A DNA stretch of 64,000 nucleotides from Eledone cirrhosa (lineage: Eukaryota): contig OZ024741.1 of the NCBI GenBank assembly GCA_964016885.1, forward strand, positions 319,734,001 to 319,798,000, read 5' to 3'. Position 1 is the first letter of the stretch. Every line of letters starts with the position of its first letter. This document shows, one piece after another, positions 41,501-54,560 of this stretch. A model generated the notes under the pieces. The model did not search any database and had not been told where the DNA came from. It saw nothing but the letters and a program-made list of their open reading frames with translations. Made by a program: the position numbers and the translations under genes.

Positions 41501-41943
41501 AAGTAAACAATTTACCACATTCTGAGAAATGGTATGAGCATAAGCCAGAGGCGGTGATAGAGAACGATCAGGTGAAGGTGCTGTGGGATTTTAGGATACA
41601 GACGGAGAAGAAGCTGGAACACAATAGACCTGACCTGGTGGTTGTGGACAAAGAAAAAAAATCGTGTCTGATTGTGGATGTGGACTGCCCATTCGACACG
41701 AGGGTGCAAGAGAAGGAGAGGGAGAAAATTAACCGATACCAGGACTTAAAGTGGGAGGTAAAAAGGATCTGGAACTGCCATGAAGTCAAAGTGATCCCGA
41801 TTGTCATAGGCGCACTGGGGACTATCTCCAAAAGTTTCCAGGGATGGTTAAAGAAAATCGGCCCCTTCACGCTTTTTGGAACGCTTCAAAAGGCATGCTT
41901 GCTGGGAACAGCAAGAACCCTCCGATACGTCCTGAATATCTGA
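38518..41943 (+). CDS. Intact R4/Dong-clade non-LTR retrotransposon protein (N-terminal Myb-like region, RT, CCHC knuckle, restriction-like endonuclease), 1141 aa
   Basis: NWKSPGPDG, NYRPITCL, EQKGCRK, WIDYRKAFDMVPH, RGIFQGDSLSPLLF, HLLFMDDLKL, YKYLG, GGRGL, AAQEQAL, CRICGEREETVAHIVSEC, RHD, RPDLVVVD..VDV.CP..EKINRY; 74-nt 3' UTR then (AAT)n. Confidence 0.96.
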   Translation: MSNLNSSNNGEMETRTSCDRLSPNRCSLAQQQGPGCQPNTAGVGGIRRRKGTRTNWTKELNRTVMQCYLKSNPKERGYRRRMHNIWNEIALFKLDEQKLAGQARVIRTNGWISELELEELSREISLEMEGGVCQANEPVGNEGVEVERTEEPPEADNDLNTEINNTWNRDTATEEMNADGLGQDLVDILNLVGDELNNDSGRPMNLRFVDRKKLKETTAKVNKVIPYLEARSLHQCNNTLKATANTVRKLLGIKARGNSRQERAEPWRKKRLSGQIREMRNDIGKLESLLNGTLKNIDTKNRLEIKYKTRRKKLNIIIEELKQRIVAKSATIRRYENRVNQYKQNRMFDNNQKMLFGQLEGKERGNDLIPGAEQTKTFWRGIWEQDVRHNDQAVWIETVQKEIGEQAHQQTDLSITVETLKGQAKKLTNWKSPGPDGVQGYWIKNITSLHPKLTTMFNDCLISGEVPKWLTKGTTVLIMKDRIKGNDVTNYRPITCLSVMWKLLTSIVSEEIYHHLHTNNLLPDEQKGCRKKLCGTKDQLLIDKMVMGNCRRRHTDLAMGWIDYRKAFDMVPHSWITKSLEIFKVADNIRQLLGKSMRSWETELTSTGESLGNVKIKRGIFQGDSLSPLLFVLALIPLTIILRKVRVGYKLGKGGLTINHLLFMDDLKLFGKSEKELGALVDTVRIFRSDICMEFGISKCGVIVMRRSRLSRSNGIQIPTGEMIKEIDSEEGYKYLGVLEADGIKNKKMKELLRTEYIRRVRSVLKSHLNSRNAISAVNSRAVSIIRYSAGILRWNVAEQKEMDRKSRKLLTIYNMFHKRSDVDRLYLRRSEGGRGLISIEDCVQMEKNNLHKYVTDSKEPMLRTVLKEGTIGQGMSKEEITSRRKSSLQEKSLHSTFFEKTEFRDPQTWNWLRRGDLKKATEGMLMAAQEQALKTKWLKHHIYKEEASPLCRICGEREETVAHIVSECKHLAQTHYKGWRHDVMGRVIHWHLCKVNNLPHSEKWYEHKPEAVIENDQVKVLWDFRIQTEKKLEHNRPDLVVVDKEKKSCLIVDVDCPFDTRVQEKEREKINRYQDLKWEVKRIWNCHEVKVIPIVIGALGTISKSFQGWLKKIGPFTLFGTLQKACLLGTARTLRYVLNI

Positions 41944-42039
41944 GGCTGCAGGTAGTGGCTTGATATTCATTCCAACGGACTTTCCAGTTAAATAACATCA
42001 ATGACTGAGACTCAAGGAATAATAATAATAATAATAATA

Positions 42040-42640
42040 ATAATTGTTTCTACTTTTGTCACAAGGCCACCAATTAATCAGTACATTACTGGTACTTTAT
42101 TTTATCGACCCTGTAAGGATGAAAGGCAAAGTTAACCTCGGTGGGATTTGAACTCAGATCATAAAGGGAGGTAACTATGCTTCAAAGCATGGGGTCCGAC
42201 CCTCTACCGATACTGCCAATCCACCAATAATGGTTTCTTATATAGGCACAAGGCCAGCAATTTTAGGGGAGCGGAAAGTCGATTAAATCGACCCCAGTGC
42301 ATTATTGGTGCTCTATTTTATCGACCCCATAAGGATGAAAGGCAAAGCTAACCTAGGCGCGATTTGAAATCAGTTCATAAAGAGCCATAACTCTGTACTT
42401 CTAACACTGCCAAGTCACCACCCTGAGTAATAATAATGGTTTCTTATAAAGGCACAAGATCAGCAATTTGGGGTGAGAGGGAAGTCGATTAAATTGACCC
42501 CACTGCGTGACTGGTACTTTATTTTATCGATCCCGTAAGGATGAAAGGCAAAGTTAACCTCGGCTGGATTTGAACTCAGAACATAAAGGGCTGTAACTCT
42601 ATGCTGCAAAGCATGGCATCTGACCCTCTACGGATTCTGC
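42040..42640 (-). mobile_element. Three tandem SINEs
   Basis: Three reverse-complement units joined by AAT tails. Confidence 0.85.
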
Positions 42641-43001
42641 ATAATAATGATAATAACCAGAAACAAAGAGTCATCTTGTCTATACACAGAAGCAATTAAA
42701 TATGTATGGAAAAACTCTAGAATTTTTAGCATCACTTGGCAGTAGATAATGGACTATATGAAATGGCCCTTTTAATATTGCTGATGACAGCAGATTATAT
42801 ATATTTTGTGACTCTTGTTAAACAACCAGGCTAGGCAAGCAGGAAAATGTCATTTAGCTCTATATTGTCGACACAATATGGCCAATCTTTCATTGTTTTG
42901 TTAGAATTGATCTTTATTATATGTGAGCTCTCACATGATTACCGTCGATCGACTTAGTGACACCATTTAATCGTGACTAGACAGGTTGGGTGAATATTTT
43001 G

Positions 43002-43051
<50 letters not shown>

Positions 43052-43302
43052 AGCGAATTATTAGAGTCACTAGAACATCGGATAGAATGTATTATACTAT
43101 TCGTTCCGGCTCTCTGCTCTCGGAGTTCAAATCCCGCCGACGTCAACTTTACCTTTCATCCTTTCGAGGGCGATAAAAAAAAGTACCAATCTAGTACTGG
43201 GGTGGATTCTTCATCGATATCCGTTTGTCATTTCCTCTTTCTCACTTTCTAGCTTTCTCTGGAAGAAATCTGTTGTACTCAGGCTTGGGGAGAGATGGGC
43301 TC

Positions 43303-43341
<39 letters not shown>

Positions 43342-43496
43342 GATAAATCTACCAAGAGTTTACGGTAGTGTCCAATCCGTATGAAGAACTCAATGTATTC
43401 CGGATATCGTGGAAAGAAGAGATGTAATGAAAAATCACTTTCGGTGAAAGATAAACGGTATACAGAGTCAAGATAAAATATTAAACAAATAATGAA

Positions 43497-43642
43497 TATT
43501 TCTGAAGACGGCGTATATATGTGTTGGTATGTATATTTAATCTTGATAGTTTGTATAATTTTGTATAATTTTGTACATAGATCTGTTGAATATGCATGCC
43601 AACTCTAACACACATATATATCCTAGAAACGATCGTTAAATA
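43497..43642 (+). ncRNA. Type I hammerhead with long stem II
   Basis: UAUUU-CUGAAGA-..UAUAUAUGUGU...ACACAUAUAUA..-GAAA-CGAUCG-UU-AAAUA. Confidence 0.75.
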
Positions 43643-43751
43643 ATGAACTTTTTTTGTTTAATATAAGGAATTGTTTATTCATTATTTGTTTAATATTTTA
43701 TATATATATATATATATATATGCAGAGGTTATATTTAATTTGTAGGGATTC

Positions 43752-43843
<92 letters not shown>

Positions 43844-43884
43844 GTATATGTATATATATATATGTATATATATGTATATGTATG

Positions 43885-43928
<44 letters not shown>

Positions 43929-43968
43929 ACATGAGAAGAAAGAAGAATACTGCGTGATTATTACAGTG

Positions 43969-44257
<289 letters not shown>

Positions 44258-44489
44258 AAAACACACAGATACATGCGGACACACACATATATACATGAAT
44301 GCATCCGGACCCAACTGTGAGTTAAGGGTGCCAACTTCACCGATGTTGCTCAATGAATGACTGGGACAGACCAATTCAGTTTGAACTAGACTGAACCAGT
44401 ATCAGAGTTAAAAATACATTATGAAGAGAGAAGAAACATTTAGATATAATTAGTAATAAAATGTATCATACCTAAACTGTTCCTAAATT

Positions 44490-44575
44490 CCTCGACTACG
44501 TAGTTTCGTGGCATAAACAAAAACAATATATCAAAGATATAGAGTCCTTGCGAGGTCTGCCAACTTATCAAGAGG
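44490..44575 (-). ncRNA. Type I hammerhead, U3-A8 covariant core
   Basis: CCUC-UUGAUAA-GUUGGCA...UGCCAC-GAAA-CUACGUAG-UC-GAGG. Confidence 0.8.
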
Positions 44576-44840
44576 ATACCTCATTTTACTAGTCTCAAGA
44601 ACGCGTCTACACGACGTGAGAAAGAATCCCAAAAGGCGGAGGGGGAGATAGTCACGCGATATAACGGTCGAGAAACAGAGCTAAGCCTCTTATAACCACG
44701 AAGAAAATACCACGGAGGCGGAGGGGGTATTCATATCGAGGCCGTAGAAGAGGTAGTGAAGAAGGCGAGAAGTATGAGTAATGGAAGCTTTCCAGTTGTC
44801 CCCACACTTCAAAGATTGCTCGACCAAGGTGATATATACA

Positions 44841-44896
<56 letters not shown>

Positions 44897-44911
44897 CATA
44901 TATATACATAT

Positions 44912-44979
<68 letters not shown>

Positions 44980-45092
44980 CACCTTGATCACCTTGACCGA
45001 CCAGTCTGTCGGGCGCCCCTCGGCGCCGCTGGTCACAGCACATGGTGTTTTAGCCATACGATGACGCCATCCCACTGGCTGGGCGGGCAGGC

Positions 45093-45139
<47 letters not shown>

Positions 45140-45143
45140 TTAT

Positions 45144-45895
45144 ATACAAATATAATTTCAGCGAGATCGTACTTCGGCGGGGGCCAAAAAGAAAACGAAA
45201 CGCAATCTTCGAGATATGCGGCAAGCGCTCAATGGACTAAAAGTACACCAGAGCAATTAACATACGTTATAAAGACCAGATAAAATGAAAACAGTGGTCG
45301 TGAAGCCATCAGCAACTGGAGCCCCCCCCCCCCTCCCCCCCCCAAAAAAACGAAGCAAGCTAAAGAGGTTAACAAAAGAATTTACCTGGACCTCCTGGAA
45401 AGTGTTGGTAAAATCCAGTGGGAGGTTCCTGTGACTCCTGAATCAATTATACTCCCTGCTTTCGTTGTAAGCTTTTGGTATATCGATCGAACAAGGTAGC
45501 CATTTCGTCAACAGGTATTTTAATCTCAGCTGGCTATCGGCTTTCAATGCAGCAGGAGTGAAGTGACTACCCCACGTGTTTACCCTGCAAGGGTGCTTTC
45601 AAAATGTGTAAAAGTATTACAAAAATTGCAAAAAAACAACAACACAAACCGAAATAAGCTCTCGACCGGGTTCTTCTTAAGTAAACTTGAGCAATTAATC
45701 AGTCAATAGAATTGTTTAATTGAATTAACTAATTAATTGCTAGGCCCGGGAGATTAATACAAATATAATTTCAGCGAGATCGTATTTCGGCGGGGCCAAA
45801 AACAAAACGAAACGCAATCTTCGAGATATGCGGCACGCGCTCAATGGACTAAAAGAAGACCAGAGCAATTAACATACTTTATAAAGGCCAGATAA
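45144..45895. repeat. ~140-bp direct repeats (45144-45283, 45757-45895)
   Basis: atacaaatataatttcagcgagatcgt...ccagataa present twice. Confidence 0.8.
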
Positions 45896-45943
45896 TATAT
45901 ATATATTATATATATATTTTTCATTTTGTAAAAAAAAACTCAC

Positions 45944-46002
<59 letters not shown>

Positions 46003-46005
<3 letters not shown>

Positions 46006-46750
46006 TTATCTATAAAAGGCAGATTTTTGTGTCTGTATGTATGTTTCAATTTTATACATTTGCACAATTTCAAACCGATTCGACTGAATGTCTGTACGAA
46101 TGTTGTAAATGGTCTAACTTAGGTCAACGACTATTTATTTATTTCAAACTCACCCACAATTACGGAAATAATCGATAAAACTAAATACATGACGCTTTAC
46201 CCCTCTAATAGAATCTGCTTATCTCTCTCTACTCCCCTTAAAATTCGATAAAACTACATACATGCTGCAACTTCCTCTTATATACGCTTAAACTTACAAA
46301 CTTCCTTTAGGAACGCCGAAGAGAGGAGAGAGAGAGTATCAATTTATTTACTATACACAATAATATACTCTATGGGTTCACTAAACCTGCTAGAAACAGC
46401 AGCTAACTCTCCCCCATATCTCACTCCTCCCTACTGTTTTAAATTTAGAAAACACACATTAGACAACCATGCAGAACAACTCCATCGCAGCTCTGTTGTT
46501 CGACTGGCATCGTCTACGCGCGTATTGCGCAAGTACTGTGAAAATAAATTTCAACACTTCTTTGCACAGAGATAATATCCATAGGCGAAACTACAATTGT
46601 AACTGCTGGTGCAGCTCCTGCTTCGGCAGTCCAGGTCTGCAATTCATTCACCCAGTGCCTGGCAGACAAAAAAGTGCTGCCATAAAATGGGTGGTGCAAC
46701 CTAACTTTGGTAACTTACTGACCCCGAGCAACGCCGGGCTTTAATGCTAG
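46003..46750 (+). mobile_element. Non-autonomous Helitron, copy 2
   Basis: A|TC...cccgagcaacgccggg-ctttaatg-CTAG|T within (TA)n. Confidence 0.8.
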
Positions 46751-46804
46751 TATATATATATATAAATATATATATATATACATATACATATACATATATA
46801 TATA

Positions 46805-47076
46805 TAACGAAAGAAATGTGGTAAGGAACCAGATGGACCATAACGCACCAGAGTACTCAATACTTAGGGTAGTAGAGTGGGTACTAGGAAAAAGGTATGA
46901 CCCCGACGGCAGAGCTCAAGCCGTTTCGACGGTTATTTCTGGACGAAATAGCCGTCGAAACGGCTTGAGCTCTGCCGTCGGGGTCATACTTTTTTCCTAT
47001 TACCCACTCTACTACCCTATATATTGAGTACTCTTGTGCGTTATGGTCCATCTGGTTCCTCACCACATTTCCGTCG

Positions 47077-47079
<3 letters not shown>
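46805..47079. repeat. Near-perfect 275-bp palindrome (135-bp arms, 5-nt spacer), pLTR-derived
   Basis: Centre tatttc-tggac-gaaata; each arm has hammerhead 3' half GAAA-CGGC..GCCG-UC-GGGGUC; unfolded relative at 53818-53875. Confidence 0.9.
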
Positions 47080-47121
<42 letters not shown>

Positions 47122-47130
<9 letters not shown>

Positions 47131-48985
47131 GTGAGGTTTTTTTTACAAAATGAAAAATAACCGAGGTGTCCTACACGAGTGAAAGTATAAAGAAAAAAAG
47201 ATGAAATCGAAAATGTAACTGCAGTCTTATTTCAAAAAATATATATATATTTATTTGGTTCCTTTACCGGTTTCGCAGTTCTGCTGCTTTTCAAAAGTAG
47301 AGTTGAGATGGAGGGTCTGTGGTTTTTCTCACATCTGGTTGATCTCTGAATGTTACTTGTTTTATATGGAAAAAGTGGCTCGAAATGCCAGGTTTTTAGA
47401 GAAGTAATTTGATTGGTTGGTCAATAATTATAATAAATTTCGCGCCAGTTCGCGTTATAAAGTTCTTCAAACAAGGGGGGGGGGGGATCACAGGTTGTTT
47501 TTTCATATATGAGTGTTTGAATTTCTTTTCACTTCAAAAAAAAGGGACTCACGAAGACTTTTTTTTAATAAACGTAATTTGATTGGTTATAAATGAAATT
47601 ATGGCTGTCACGTGAACAAGTTTTCATTAAATTTTCGCGCCCTTATTTGGAAATCTATTCTGTAGCCTATTTAGAGAATTTTATGACAAGTAAAAGATAA
47701 TTGTTTCTACTTTAGGCACAAGGCCAGCAATTATCCAGTGCATTACTGGTACTTTATTTTATCGACCCCGTAAAGATGAAAAGCAAAGTCAACCTCGGCG
47801 GGATTTGAACTCAGATCGTAAAGGGACGTAACTATGCTGGAAAGCATGGCGTCCGACCCTCTACCGATACTGCCAATGGTCAAGAGAAATTGGATGGGAG
47901 AATTGTTCTGGTTCAGTGAATATGGTTAGTTCGCTGGGTTGTCAGAATTCAGATTTTCTATTGAATAAAGAAAGTAAAGATATGTATGTTTATTTGTGTG
48001 CTTGTGTGTGCGTGTGTGTTGTATGTGTGTGTGTGTTTGAATTTCTTTTTACTTTTAAAAAAGAGGCTCACGAAGGCTTTTTTTAATAAACGTAATTTGA
48101 TTGGTTATAAATAAATTATGGCGGTCATGTGAACAAGTTTTCATTAAATTTTCGCGCCCTTATTTGGAAATCTATTCTGTAGACTATTAAGAGAATTTTA
48201 TGACAAGCAAAAGATAATGGTCAAGAGAAATGGGATGGAAAAATTGTTCTGGTTCAGTGAATATGGTTAGTTCGCTGGGGTGTCAGAATTCAGATTTTCT
48301 ATTGAAGTAAAGAAAGTAAAGATGTGTATGTTTATTTGTGTGCTTGTGTGTGTGTGTGTGTGTGTATTGGAAGATGATTCTATTAGTAGAAATGGGGGAT
48401 GGAGTTGTGTGTGTGTGTATATGGGTGTTATGTGTGTGTGTGGGAGTATGTTAAGATGGAGAGAATATATATATTTTGTGTGTGTGTATATATGTGTGTA
48501 GGAAAGTGATTCTATTAGTAGCAATGGGGAGGGAGTTGTGTGTGTGGGGGTGGGGGTTGTTATGTGTGTGTATAGGTGTTATGTGTGTGGGAGTATGGTT
48601 AGCATGTTAAGATGAAGAGAATATATATATATATATTGTGTGTGTGTGTGTGTGTAGGAAAATGATTCCTTTAGTAGGAGTATTTTTGAATGAACATATT
48701 TTCCTTATTTATTCGTATTTGTTCTGTTGTATTGTTAGCGCAAAGGTAAAATGGGAAGACTTGGAATTTGGGTGTCTTATTACTTGCGCATATGTCTAGA
48801 TATGCGCTTAGTGGTATCTGTCTCGTGGTTGGATCTCGTAATTGTTGGCGATGAACTGTCATTCTGTTTCTGAGTGTGAGTTTAGTTTGTCCTATATAAT
48901 CTTCATTGCATCCTTTACATTTAATGGCATAAATTAGATTTTTTGATGAGCAAGTGAAGTGATTTTTTACAGTAAAATTATTTCC
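47122..48985 (-). mobile_element. 5'-truncated PLE (non-Naiad type): GIY-YIG domain plus 3' region/pLTR
   Basis: 48985-48671 reads FTCSSKNLIYAIKCKGCNEDYIGQTKLTLRNRMTVHRQQ...KENMFIQKY; hammerhead variant at 47262-47297; internal duplication; SINE at 47698-47877. Confidence 0.85.
47262..47297 (-). ncRNA. Minimal hammerhead, U3-A8 variant
   Basis: CUU-UUGAAAA-GCAGCAGAACUGC-GAAA-CCGG-UA-AAG. Confidence 0.7.
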
Positions 48986-49237
48986 TGATATATATAATAT
49001 ATATATAATATATATATATATTATATATATATTATATATATATATGTTATATATATATGTGTCTCAGAATGGCAAGGGCCGTAACTCTATGCGTCAAAGC
49101 ATAGCGTCCGACCCTATATTTTCGCGTATGCACATGTATGTACGTATATGGATGCGTGTATGTATATATTTAATCATTATTAATTTTAATAACCTCTGTC
49201 ATTTTCGTTCTACTAATTTATTTACATTATTCTTACA

Positions 49238-49418
49238 TGGATTGGCAGTATCGGTAGAGAGTCGGTGCCATGCTTTGCAACATAGAGTTATGGCCCTTTA
49301 TGGTCTGAGTTCAAATCCCGCCGAGGTTAACTTTGCCTTTCATCCTTACCGGGTCGATAAAATAAAGTACCAGTAATACACTGGGATAATTGCTGGCCTT
49401 GTGCCTAAAGTAGAAACA
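49238..49418 (+). mobile_element. SINE with 10-bp TSD
   Basis: ATTATTCTTA at 49226-49235 and 49419-49428. Confidence 0.85.
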
Positions 49419-50724
49419 ATTATTCTTAACTCTGAAGCCGAGAATAGAATCATTCGGTTTCCTAAATAGAATATTAGTCTACGACTTCATTTATACCATA
49501 AACGTGGTTTTGTCTTTGCGTGTAATTGTTCTCATCGATCCACATAACGACGTATTATCTTCGCTTTTTTCCGTTCATTGCCAAGGAACGTCTTCACGAA
49601 CCAAAGTATCGCCTTCCTGTTTTCCTTCGGTTGTAACGTTTTTCGAAATATTTACTTCTGCGTTCACAGATTGATATTTTTAGTTTCAGAAGGTCCCGTT
49701 AAGGTTTAACGGTTCAAGTTATCCTTGGATAGTGGAAGGAAAGAAGAAGAAAGGCCAGATATTTCAAATTATTAAGATGAGTATGCAAATGAGGTTTATG
49801 TTAAAGGGCTGAAAAAAACGTTATTTTAGACGCTATGGAAAATTTAAATAATTATGATAAGTTATTGTATGCGTAGGAAAGAAGAGAAAGGAATTACGTT
49901 AATTTGGGGGAAAATATTTATTTTCCTATATTATGAGTTATAATATTGTATATATAATCAATTAGATTATATGAAGAATTATGGTTGTAAGTATTTTTAT
50001 CTTATTACATTACGATAGGTTGTATGTATATACATATCTATATATATATTAATAAATTGCGTATGTATTAGTTGTTTATATATCAAATAGGTGGTTCATA
50101 TAAAAAATAGGTGGTTCAAATTGTGAGAGTAGAACAATTTGTGGATTCAAAAATTTTGTTCAACATTGAAAATGTTTACAGAATATTGTTAATTTAGCGA
50201 AGCTATACAGATTATCAAAGGTAAAATGTTTATGTTTGCACGATTGAGAGAAGAAAGATAACTCCAATTTTGTTTGTTAACCATTAAATTAGAGAAAATT
50301 ATATATTATTTTGTGTGAGATCCATTATTTTAGTCGAAAGATGTGTGAATGTTTGAATAACAAAAATAGAGAGGAAAAATGTAATGTGTTTTTCGAAGAA
50401 CTATTGTAAAGAGGATACATTTTCAGAATGTCATTTAAAGATTATCAACCTACATCTAAAAATATATTTATTGGAGTATCCTTACAAAAATAATGTCGGA
50501 ATTGAAAATAATGCCAGAATTAAAATAATGTAGGAAATTAAAATATTAAATATATATCTTAAAAATATTATAAATATTAGAGATTTAAAAAATTTTTTTG
50601 AAATATTAAAAATATTAAAAAATATTAAAAAAATATTAAAATTATTAAAAATATTAAAACATTTTACATTTAAATAAAAAAAAAAGTAGGATTATTTTGA
50701 AGGTGTATAGGAATATTATAAATT

Positions 50725-52013
50725 AAAAATAGTTCCGAACGTGGAATTTTGGCGATGTTTGCAAGAAGAAAATAATTCTGTTCTGAGATTAATAGAGTTT
50801 TGACAGTTAATTATATAAACAATTTCTACAATACACAATTTACAGAATCTTGATAAAGCCGTATTTCAGTATGCAGGTGCTTTCGAAATCGTTCTCCAAG
50901 ATATTGAATAGTCTATATTGTTGTCTTTTAAATCCCAGATTAGATGTGAAAGTGAAGTAGAAGATTTTTTATCAGATCTCCTAAATGTATGATTATGGTT
51001 ATTCCAGCGTTCTTTAAATTTTGGTGAAGTGGCACCAACATAGTTAAATATTTTGTCGCTAGTTTTAACTGTGCATTTATAAACTATGTTTTTGTCTAAA
51101 CAATTATTTTGTAACGGGCAGTTTGATTTGATTCTACAGTTACATTTACTAGAGTTATTGTTGTTCAGAATGGTACCATTATTCTGAATATTGTTGTTAG
51201 AAATATTATTGCTATTTTGGTTAGTTTCGTTAGGGTTTAAATTTAAGTTTCTATTATTAATTCTATTTATATTTTGCGCTATGTTCATAGTATAGTAGCA
51301 GAGTAGGATAGTTTTATAGTGTGTCTGTTAAAAATAGAGTGGTATCTGTGCGCTTTAGGAAAACATTTATCTAGTGCTTTAAAGAATAGCTTTGCTAAAG
51401 GTGTTTTAACGCTTAATGAGAATGGGGGAGAGTACCAAATAATATTTCTAGTTCTAGTTTTTTTGTTTGGTTTAGTGTCTAAGTTAATACTAGGATGATA
51501 TGTCGTGTTATTGTTATCTATGTATTTAATTCTATTTGAGTATCCTGCTCTTTGTAAAGCTTCATTATAATATTCAGCCTTATCATCAAAAATATTTTTA
51601 TTAGTGGAGATGCGTGAAATCCGTTGTTGGACGCTATTGACAATAGCTTCTAGGATGATTAGAATTGAAACTTACATAATTCAGATTTTCGTTAATTTTA
51701 TGGAAAGGATAGTAAAGACCTGTGCTAAGGTTTAACGTTACATCTAAGAAGTTAACGATTTTGTAGTTATTCTCTATTTCTAACTTAAGATTGTAGTTGT
51801 TGAAAAATTGTATTATGGATTTTCTTTTCCTATTAATTTCACTATTGCTATGGTTTTCAGTTAAAAGTAACATATCGTCACGATATAAACCTCCAGTGAT
51901 CTCGGGTATTTTCCTATGCAGTACATTATTAATAAATAATCCAACGAGGGCTGTAAGTTGCGCTGAATTAGATGATCCCATAGTGATATAAAAATTGTTT
52001 TTTCTGTCGGCTC

Positions 52014-52015
<2 letters not shown>
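50725..52015 (-). pseudogene. Naiad-type PLE RT/GIY-YIG remnant, 5'-truncated at (TA)n
   Basis: MGSSNSAQ..LVGL, GLYRDDML, VNFLDVTL, SNHP, CNCRIKSNCPL, IVY..YVGAT..FKERWNNH; related to the 24985 copy. Confidence 0.9.
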
Positions 52016-52071
<56 letters not shown>

Positions 52072-52239
52072 CGTTTCTGAATTTGTTTAGCAAGATTCCT
52101 TATCTGAATACGTGTGTTGAAACCGATATTGTTATACTTTGGGAGGGTCTTGTTGTCAATAAGAAACACACGCACCAGTTGTTTTCACTTCAATTTATTA
52201 TAGATTTCGGGTTCGTTGGTTGGTTCTATAACCGGATGG

Positions 52240-52337
<98 letters not shown>

Positions 52338-52467
52338 ATATTATATATTATATATATTATTATTATATATTATATATATATGGATTTTAGTCTTCAAATT
52401 TATTATTATTACTATATATATATATATGTCTATTGAAAATTGCAAACTTGACTGTCACCACACATTA

Positions 52468-52506
52468 TGAACCTGAAGATTGCGAAAGCATGAAAGTACT
52501 TGTTCA
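52468..52506 (+). ncRNA. Minimal type I hammerhead
   Basis: UGAAC-CUGAAGA-UUGC(GAAA)GCAU-GAAA-GUAC-UU-GUUCA. Confidence 0.85.
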
Positions 52507-52674
52507 ATTAACACTTAACATTTAATATTCTATCATACTATTTCATTATAATACCATTATAAATTTTAAAGGATTGTAAATAAAACGAGTAAATCAGACA
52601 AAGTTGGAATTCCTCTTAGTAATATAATCTTCTATACACAATCAAACACACCCGTGTATCTCTCTCTCTCCCCC

Positions 52675-52767
<93 letters not shown>

Positions 52768-52879
52768 AATATACATATATATATATATATTATATATATA
52801 TAATATACATATATATATATATATTATATACATATATATATATATATTATATATATTATATATAATATACATATATATA

Positions 52880-52999
<120 letters not shown>

Positions 53000-53050
53000 A
53001 TATATAATATACATATATATATATGTATATATTATATATATATATATATA

Positions 53051-53121
<71 letters not shown>

Positions 53122-53129
53122 TTGAAATA

Positions 53130-53233
53130 AAATGAAAACGAAATTTCATTTCTCACTCTTAGTATGGCACTTACTTAAATGTAAGTATGTATGTATACGT
53201 ACATACATATATGTATACAGACGTACAGTAGCA

Positions 53234-53285
<52 letters not shown>

Positions 53286-54560
53286 CAGGTACACATACAT
53301 ATATGCACGCATCAGTTTAGCGGACGCTTATTATAACGCCCGCTTTGTTCGTTTGTAAACAAACTGAACAGCCTGAATTTATACCATACGGTGTTAAGGC
53401 AACCACGTCACCTTTTTGTTCAACACTGACACAGGAACGATGTACTAGTTTCAAGCTTGTTAGCTATCATCAGCACCGTATACCCATCTGCCAGATAGTT
53501 GAACGTTCGAAAGCATATACTTTCCTTATGAAAATTAACGGCTGAGCAGCCTAATTTGTTTAGTACATAACAGATGTTACGAAAGGTATATAACAGATGT
53601 TATATAATATATAATACATTGAATAATGGAAATATAGGACCACCTCTTCGTATTTAATAAGATAACAATATTCTATCGAATATCCCCATGTTATACCAAA
53701 ACTTACTTATAAGGAAGCAGTAGACATGCCGTGTTTAGTTCCTAGAGTGCAGGGAATAAGATGAACACATACAATCAACTAACACACTTATTTGAACAAT
53801 ATATGCATATATATATAGGAAAAAGTAAGACCCCGACGGCAGAGCTCAAGCCGTTTCGACGGCTATTTCTGGACTCATATATCTATATATATGTAAGTAT
53901 GTATGTATACGTACATACATATATGTATACAGACGTACAGTAGTATGTATATATATACATACATGCACACATATATATATGTACGTATGGGTTTACCGAA
54001 CATTTATTATAATGTTCGGTTTGTTCGCTTGTAAATAAACAAACAGCCGTACTAAATATCAGCCCTACTAAGAGTGAGAAATGAAATTTCGTTTCATTCT
54101 TTTCCATTTATCACTTTCGGTGCGCCCGGCCGACTAACTCACTCGATATGCAAATTAGGCTGCTCAGCCGTTAATATGCACAAGGAAAGTATATACTTTC
54201 AGACGTTCAATCATCTGGCAGGAAGGTATACGATGCTGACGGTAGCTAATAAGCTTGAAACAAGTACAGCGTTCCTTTGTCAGTGTTGAACAAAAGAGTG
54301 ACGATGATTGCCTGAACACCGTACAGCATAATTCTCGCTGTTTCTTTGTTTACAAGCGAACAAACCGAACATTATAATAAATGTTCGGTAAACCCATACG
54401 TACATATATATATATATATATGTGTGCATGTATGGATATATATATATATACATACTACCGTACGTCTGTATACATATATGTATGTACGTATACATACATA
54501 CTTACATTTAAGTATCAGCTGTACTAAGAGTGAGAAATGAAATTTTGTTTCATTCTTTTC
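53130..54560. mobile_element. Inverted pair of diverged pLTR-like repeats
   Basis: 53130-53560 is approximately the reverse complement of 54150-54560; partial third copy 53890-54105. Confidence 0.75.
53438..53478 (-). ncRNA. Minimal type I hammerhead, canonical
   Basis: CGGUG-CUGAUGA-UAGCU(AACA)AGCUU-GAAA-CUAG-UA-CAUCG; decayed mirror copy at 54231-54271 (+). Confidence 0.9.

Noticed and set aside
38748-41870. Antisense ORFs over the R4-like element
   Set aside because: Shadow frames of the real ORF with no recognisable motifs.
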